A stretch of 63,091 nt of DNA, filler included, from Platydemus manokwari (taxonomy: Eukaryota), in the NCBI GenBank assembly GCA_037951405.1. It is 6 parts of 6 records of this genome, joined end to end, with 100 filler letters (N's around TTAATTAATTAA, not from the genome) between each part and the next. Parts side by side here need not be neighbours in the genome. Positions count along the whole stretch, not along the records: positions 52,152 to 63,091 come from JBBMOY011034412.1; 5 more parts are not named here. One strand, 5' to 3'. Position 1 is the stretch's first letter, and every line of letters starts with the position of its first letter. This document shows, one piece after another, positions 55,101-63,091 of the stretch. The notes under the pieces were generated by a model. It searched no databases, was not told the origin of the DNA, and saw only the letters and a list, made by a program, of their open reading frames with translations. The position numbers and the translations under genes are program-made.

Positions 55101-55958
55101 GGATCTGATTTTGCTGCTAAAGCACAGAGTTCTTAATCTAGGAAGTGTTAAGGTTCGTTACGATTTGACGTACAGTGTAGAATTATAATGAACTTGTAAT
55201 TTTTATTTTATTTAGTTGTCGACTTGTGTCGTAGTTGTTTAGTAATAAAAATTTGTATGAGCAAGTCTTAGCTATTGATTAAATAGGATTATAAATCATA
55301 GTTCCTTATCATTGATGTCCGCATATTTTGGTATTAAAATAAGGTATATCAGAAAATAATGGGTCTAAAATTAAATTTGTATATATTGTTATATTATCTA
55401 ATATTTATATCTATATTATATTTATATCTATTTATATTTATATTTATATCTAATATTTATATTCGAAATCAAAATATTCAAACATCAATATATTTACAAA
55501 AACAGTGGAAATAATCTATAAAATTTCTAAAAATATTTTTAAGTAGATCAAAACTTATTTTCAAATTATATTAAGAACCCTATTGCTAACATTGGAAGCC
55601 ACGGGACTTTTCTCGTTGTAAGCAGAATCTAAAATTTAAAATATTATGGAAATATAAATAATTTAACTAACTTAAAATAAAGAAAAGGATTCATCCAAGG
55701 AAATTTATACAAATACAAATAGGACATCGCACCTGTTTTGGTTTAAATATGAAAAATTATTATCAAAGATTTTTGGTTTAATAAATTGCCAAAATATGAA
55801 GACAAATTACCATTAAATGATCTTTAGCTCTGACGAACTAATTAAAAAGTTTAACATTTGAAAATATGACTGCATATATAAAATTTTTATAAGATATCTT
55901 TAATGGAAAAAAATGTTCGAGTGACTTTATGGGTTCAAAATTTTTATTATTTATAGCG

Positions 55959-58423
55959 ATGAATAAATCATTTTTAGCTGGGATTTATGTAAATAATTAT
56001 TAAAATTGGAAAAAAATATGCTGTGTTTGTTTAAGTGAAATAATTTTCCAATATTGAGGTCAAATTAATTCTTGGAATTTGGGAACAAGTTTGCACTATG
56101 ATCTCATTTATCCACGCGGTAAACAATGTTGCTGAATCTTAGAAAGCAAAATCATCTCTGGATGATGTCAGGCTGTATGAATTGAAACTCGACGAATGGA
56201 TGAACGCTGTCAAGCGACACAACATTTATCATTATTTCAATAATTCGTTATTTGGGTATTGGTTTGATTTGTTAAAATTATTAAGAATTTTCTTAGCGCA
56301 TGTTACGTCTTGAGAAAGTATCAGAAGCAAATTAATATATTCAATGCAACATTGAAAATTGTCGATCAGAAACCTGAAGTAAAATCAATGTTGCAATCGG
56401 TATGAATTTTTTTACAATTGTTTTAATAGAATTTTCGGATTTGTGAAAAAAATTGAAATTCGAAAATCAATAAATATGATCAAAGAAATAGTAAGGCGAA
56501 TGGTATAATCAATAATTATATTTACATATCAATAAATGTAAATCAAAACTATTTTCGACAAATTTTATTGATTATTTAAATAAAAATCAATTAGAATCGA
56601 ATTTAAGATTTATTTATAATAATTTTTAATTTATTTAGAGCCAATCAATCGTCAGTTTTGGTTGTGGGCCTGGACCAGAAATTGTTGCATACATCAATTA
56701 TGTACGCAACGTGTTAAATTGCCGTTATTTACGATTAGACTTCGTAGCTGTGGACAGATTGGGATATTGGGGGAAATATATTTCCAGACTCAATGAAGTT
56801 GCTGAATATAACACGAAAATTCGATTTAAAGTAATTTATATTACTCGATTAATAAATATTGGTTTGTCAGTAATATAGAGGTAATGATTTAATTTGTTTG
56901 ATGATTAAGTTGACAGGCCAATAACTTCGTAAACTACGATATTTTTATGATTAATTCAAAATTATTGATAAAAACTATTTCTGAAATATGTTAACACGTT
57001 TAGCGATTTTCCGAAATTTTTCTTCAAACAATGATGTATGGAATAAATGTGAGATGATAATTTATAACGGTAATCAAGTACCAGTAATTACGTAACATTT
57101 TATCTATTCGTGGGATTTGTATACCAACGATAAGGCAAATGTAAGTTTAGCGTTCCAAGTCCATAATGAAGATTGTTAAACCTGTCCAAATCAATAATTA
57201 GCTTGGACAATAGAGTTTGTAATCTTTCAATCTTCTTCATAAACAATTCAGATCATCCGGACACATAGAAACCACTTATTTATCAATTCTCATCACCAAG
57301 ATAAGTCGTTTAGAAATTGCGAGACTTGTTTTATTGTTCATCCAAAACTGGATTCATCCGGTAATTAATCGAAGGAAACTAATCTTCTTGAACAACAATT
57401 TAAATGATCTTGGCGCATAGAGAACTCTTATTTATCAAAACTCATTACCAATTTAAAGCGATCTTGTTTTATATAAACAAGAAAAAATCTCGCACAAAAT
57501 TGATTTAATGGTTCAGACAAGATTGCTGGTTCTAATAATATTATATCGAAACTTGTACGACAATTATTTTGTATTATAGATTAATCGCAATATAAACAAC
57601 CATTAGTCATGGTACACACAATCTGCCCTAAATAATATTTTATTGGATATCATAATAGCTTACTTTATTGTTGTCATGGTGAAATTGAATATTTTGACTT
57701 TCATTCTGTAATGTTTTTTGATTGTTTTTCGAAAGGAGCTTGTGAGTTGGGTGTTGCTAATATTATCAATTGATTTACAAATATTGATTTTAATATTCTG
57801 ATTAGGAAGGCGATCTATCCAAAGGGATTCTGGCATATATGGATACAAGTTATGATGTCTGTATAATGCTGTTTCCCCATTCGATGAATTTTGCTGATGT
57901 CTGGGATGAGTTGAAAAGGCGATTTAAATTGATAATTCTTGTTGATAATTTGAGTGGACGGGTACCGCAGAAGATGATTAACCATGGTTTTGTAAAAGAT
58001 GATCTTGATGGTATCGGGATCTATACCTATATTAAGATTAAATTCGAAATTCCGAAAACTGTTGAACGTCCGATATCTATTAATCGTCCGATTATTAGAA
58101 ACATTGACATCAATAACAGGAATTTTATCAGTGTGCCATCTTATTCTTATACCAATATCGAACAGCCGAGAGCAGTAACTAATTATAATATCAAACCTAC
58201 AATCAATAACTCTCGTGATTTGAAAAATCTTGTGCGTCCAAGTCCACCGACGAGGGATATCGAAAACCAGAGTCCCGTGAAGAACAGATCTCCTGGTTTG
58301 TCCAATATCGAAAGATCCACATGTTCTTGTCGCTCATGTGTTTTCAAAATTATAGCATTTATCATTATCATATTTATTGCCGTAATGATTTTCATTTTTA
58401 TCAAGATTTTTCGTTATTCTTGA
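55959..58423 (+). CDS. Putative class I SAM-dependent methyltransferase with C-terminal transmembrane anchor (~361 aa); exons 55959-55988, 56059-56088, 56143-56255, 56297-56399, 56639-56830, 57806-58423
   Basis: Motif I SIVSFGCGPGPE, motif II FVAVD, motif III IRFK|EGDL (formed across a phase-0 intron), motif IV YDVCIMLF. All introns are GT-AG and phase-compatible. Terminal hydrophobic stretch IIAFIIIIFIAVMIFIFI; AATAAA ~50 bp after the stop. The first two micro-exons are less certain. Confidence 0.8.
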
Positions 58424-59629
58424 TAAATTGATCGTTGTGAATCTCATCAAGTCAGTATTGATTTCCTAAAATAAATTTCATGAATGTGTGTCGATATAAT
58501 GTGTCGAGGTATTATTGTGATTTATGATGAATTTATTCTTCCACTTAATTTATTTAATCAATATTTTGTAATTATTTATTTTCTTGTAATTTATTTTACA
58601 TTAAATATTTTATCTAAAGTAATTTCGTAATTAATTTTCGTTTAGTGGTGAAGAAATCTTGCAAAAAGAAAACGAATTTTCATCTTGGAATCATTGTTTT
58701 CGATACAACGTCAATGAAAAGGGGTATGTGAGGGGTACGTTTTTTATGAAATAGTAGGGACTGAGCTAGAAATACAGCTTACCACCTTCGGTTGTATGCT
58801 GTCAGCAATTATTTGGTTATTCGCAATCCAGACCCAACACTTTGCTTATTGAAACCAGTTACTGTGGAATACTAATAATTGAAAAATAAATCGTTATAAA
58901 ATAAGGGGTTCGTCACAAGATTCACAAATAAATTCATTATAAATGGTTTTTGATTTCTCAATCAAGTTATTTCTACATTTAACTTACAAAGTAACAAAAA
59001 AAAGCTTTTCTGAAACTATTTGCTCAATTGTTTCCAAGATAACACCAGTTTGTTTAAATCAAATGATAATTTAAGTTGCCAAGTAATAACAATTACAAAA
59101 TAATTTTTTAATACTTATGTGATTTCAGGATTAGTTTGCGTTATCTTGACTGACAATCATTTCTTCTTCATCTGTTCTTAGGTTTTGAATTCTGTTGCAG
59201 AATCCCATGATCGACATGATCGGTTTTATACCAATGATATTATATGAGTGATAACTAGACAGTACTTGTGCTTATAGAATAAATAAATCGAAAAAATAGA
59301 ATTTATAAATCAAAGCGAAACATTCACTCCTATCAATCAGACCAGACTTACTTGAAGAATGTGAACTTTACCTATATTTTTCTCATGATATTAACGTCAC
59401 CTTTTTATAATGATCAAGGCTTAGTAAATATTCTTAATTGCCTTGCCGGCTCCACTTTGATAGACAAGTTCCTATTGTGTGGAAACAATAAGTTACGTCT
59501 GGCCGCCTGCAGGTCTTCTGGCGAATTATTTAATGATATAAAATCTATTATGCATTTTAATTTAGTCAGTTCTAATTTCTCCGGATGTTTAACGATGCTT
59601 ATTTGACAGTACAATCGATAGATCAAATT

Positions 59630-59984
59630 GATTGAAAGAACAGAGGGTGAACGAGGATATGATCTACTGGTTGAACTAATTATATTGTTGAGATGGAAAA
59701 ATGAAGATAGCAGAAGTAGTTTTGAGAATAATAATGACGAGATCATTAAAAAATTGAAATACTGGAGAAATTCTTTATAAAATTCTATGACGTGTTTTGA
59801 GGACATTTCGAGAATAGTCTCAAAGCACAGTATAAAATTTTCCAATTTTTCTCCAATACTTCAATTTTTTAATGATCTCGTCATTATCATTCTCACACTT
59901 CCGCTGCCTTGATTTTTCCATCTCAACAATTTATTTAGTTCGATAAGTAGATTATACCATTGTTCACTCTTTATTCTTTCAATC
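59630..59984. repeat. Long imperfect inverted repeat, arms 59630-59770 and 59848-59984, ~77-bp spacer
   Basis: Arms share perfect blocks taatgacgagatcattaaaaaattgaa (27 bp), ttgttgagatggaaaaat (18 bp) and gattgaaagaa in opposite orientation. Confidence 0.9.
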
Positions 59985-62900
59985 CATCAATCTAACTTGT
60001 CTTTCATCATCAATATTTCTGATTTCGTTTTCATTTGGATTGTGTCCGATTGATTCAGGACAGAACGTATTGAAAGCTTGTTTACATATTGGGAAAAGAT
60101 TGGTGGGATCTGTCAGTGTTTAGTGATTAAGATCTGGTGGAATGTCTGAAATTATCACAGTAGAAGCATTTCATAAAGTATTGAGTCTCGGTGCGGTGAT
60201 TTAGAAAAGATTCTTGTTTTGCAGTTCCTAACTATTTAACCAAATCTACCGCACGTGAAGTTATATCTATTGTCCCAAACTGATGAATCTTTTCGTTTGG
60301 AAATTGGAGATGTGAAATTGTTTTGTGATTCGTCAATAGAATTTATGGTTGATGGTTTATCGTTTTTGCTCATTTCTGTTACTATGGCATTCGTGATTTG
60401 CAAAAATGAATGTGGAATTCATTTCCACTCTTATAGTTTTTTTTATAAGCTCATCGTAGTTGGCGTAATCGGCGAGACTGAGTGCTGTACTAATGGACTC
60501 CTTTTAAAAATTGATCCTGATACCAAAACTATCAGACTTTTTCACACGCTTTCTGAGATCTTGCAAAAGTCATACAAATAAGAAATAATCATATTTAAAC
60601 TAAAAATAGTAATAAAAAATGCTAAAACACAAAATAAGGATGTCAAAATTAAGAAAATAAACTAGTATAAATACAAGGGATGGCAAACCTTTGAAAACTC
60701 AGAATTTATGTTAAACACTCACAAGACTGTTCTCTGTGTCATAATTTATGTTGAAAAAATATTTTTTTTCAATCAAACAACTTTTCCAAATAACATTTAA
60801 GGAAATTATATGCAGAAAAAACTGATGGAAGAGATCGATCAAGTTTTATCTGCCCATATAAATATTAACGATTTGTTCGGAAATACTACAAAGTCATCGA
60901 CAAAAACAACCATTATAAATTTCTCATTTACAATTTGTCAAAACAAAAATTAATTCTCCAGCACCTGGGCAATTTTCAGCGAAATTTCATCATTTTGAAA
61001 AGATATTTCATTTCAGTTCAAGTCCAGTGAAAATAAACAAGCTTAAAATAAATAAAACTGAATGCAAATACTTGGTCACTGGAGCCTTAGTCTTAACTAC
61101 TTTCATATCTCTAGTGACTTCCTCGTCTCTTATTGGGTTCGAAACTGCGATCAAGACTTCAAAGTATTATTAAATATGAAAATTTTAGGTACATTTTTAA
61201 TGCAAATGTAAATTCCTTGGGCTTAATTATCGACTTGTCCTTGGTTAGCTGCACAAAAATGAAATTCTTTTTAATAACAAATCTTCCACCTTTTAATGGG
61301 TATATAATTATTTCCACTTCGAAATATGTTCATTGCTTGGCTATTTAATTGTCGATAATAACCCACTTCATTTGCAGCTGGTGTTTTCGATTCATAAATG
61401 GACGAATTCGGTAGATATAGACCGTTCTTTGACTGCTTATTTTCGATTCATTCTAATATTCAATTTTTTCATAATTTTGGATTTACTGGGTTTATTGATT
61501 TGTTATAACTTGAATCAAAATAAGTTGAAAATTATATAAGAATTAAATAAGTATTAGAAACCAATAAGAAGATAAGTTGAGTTCTGTTTTATTGTTTATT
61601 AATAATATTTATTAATAATAAAATGTTTATTATTAATAAAACCTGAGTTCAAAATTTGTATATAAATTGTGAAGTCGTTATAATAATATTTTATAATTAA
61701 TTTATTGATCTGAATAAAATATAATTGATATTACAATGAATACAAATCGATAAATGATGGTAAAATTCTAATAAAAATAAAGTACAGTTAACGAAAATAA
61801 ACAGGATTTTAAGCAAATAACCAGGTGTTGGAGTTCTATTTTAGTTTTTCAATTATTGCTGGGTTCTATTATGATAGAACTTCCCGATTTTATAAGACTC
61901 TTATTTTATCGGTGGTTAAGCCTAATACCTCCGTAACCACTACTATAATATCGTTTTTTATTTTGTGATTTTGGTTTTTTAATTAGGTACTAGATGAATG
62001 AGATTCAAAAATGAAAGAAATGTAAAAATTGGTTAAAAAATAATTAAAATTACTTGGTAGATGAATTTAAAATAATGACAATTACGCACTAAGAATAATA
62101 CAACACAATGGTGCTTGGATCAAAATTAAATAAATTAATTTGTATTGTGCATAAACAAGTTCTTCACGAGACAGTGAGAAGATCCCTCACCTCGACTTTA
62201 TATTTGTAAGTTGAAATTGCTTGCAGATTTATGCCTTTTCATGGTCTCGACATGCTGGAGATTCAGCTAAATTGATTGTTCTTCTTATTGAAATATTTTT
62301 TATTTGAAATTTTTATTTTACTGCACTTCAAAGATTCAGATTGGTTAGTATTGTCATGGTATATGGTATTTCATCGTCAATGATAGTGTTGTACAAGTTG
62401 AGGGTTCAAAGGTCATCAGATTTACATTGTATATGGTCAGGTAGTGAGTTTGATGTGTATTGGAGGAGTAATCGTCAATATGAGAGTGATCCAAGTGCCT
62501 GTCGACATTGGTCTTGAATTCGAGTCAGAACGATAAGTCACAGATAATGACAAAATAGTTTGTCAGATTTTATGACTTCAATAAAATTTGTCCAAATTTC
62601 CTCCGCAGGTAAAATGACAGAATAGTTCGTTGAATTTGTAGTAATCAACATTTAACGAATTCGATAATTTGTAATAATCATTTCGCTATATATACTACAC
62701 TTTAGTTATTTGTTTTATATTTTATTCTACTATGAAAATTTATTATTGTCATTTTTACTAATTTATTTTCATTGTTCGTATTTTTAGTAATTAGTTCATT
62801 TATTTTTGTTTTTATTTTATTTTATTTTGGATTTTATTTAGTTTTCAATTTCAAAGCTCGAGTAGTCATATAGGAGTGTTGTGATTAAAATACGAATCTG

Positions 62901-63091
62901 GTTCGAAAATTGTGAAATATCCTAAACTGGATTATACGAATAAATTAAACATAGCAATTATATATAAAATTAAGTTTTAAAATTAATTATTAACCTCTTT
63001 TCTTATCTGAACCCTAGACACTATAATTATTTTAAACTTCATAAATATTTGTTAAAATAAATATGAATGTTAAATTATAGTGAAATTATTC

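Noticed and set aside
59414-59845. 143-aa minus ORF and 108-aa plus ORF at 60255
   Set aside because: Non-ATG starts, no recognisable domains; the first overlaps the inverted repeat; no consistent splice model found

Overview
This is not prokaryotic DNA. It is very AT-rich eukaryotic genomic sequence with many tiny GT-AG introns (41-70 bp), most consistent with a flatworm such as a freshwater planarian (inferred from composition, intron size and gene content). The window is an artificial concatenation of at least six contigs joined by five identical 100-bp linkers (44 N + TTAATTAATTAA + 44 N), so gene order across linkers is not biological. Genes reconstructed by manual splicing: an ATP-binding-type universal stress protein (2 exons), the 3' two-thirds of an alanine aminotransferase, a full-length symplekin, an NK2.1-class homeobox gene, and the 3' end of an unidentified gene. 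Two further genes are not evident from the ORF track and are the most interesting finds. The first is a ~360-aa class I SAM-dependent methyltransferase with a C-terminal membrane anchor (55959-58423). The second is a long exon encoding a divergent TIR/SEFIR-like alpha/beta domain (16072-16692). The rest is decayed DNA transposons (three mariners, a hAT with a nested hAT MITE, a Tigger/pogo remnant), interspersed repeats, a ~140-bp-arm inverted repeat and a multi-hairpin array.
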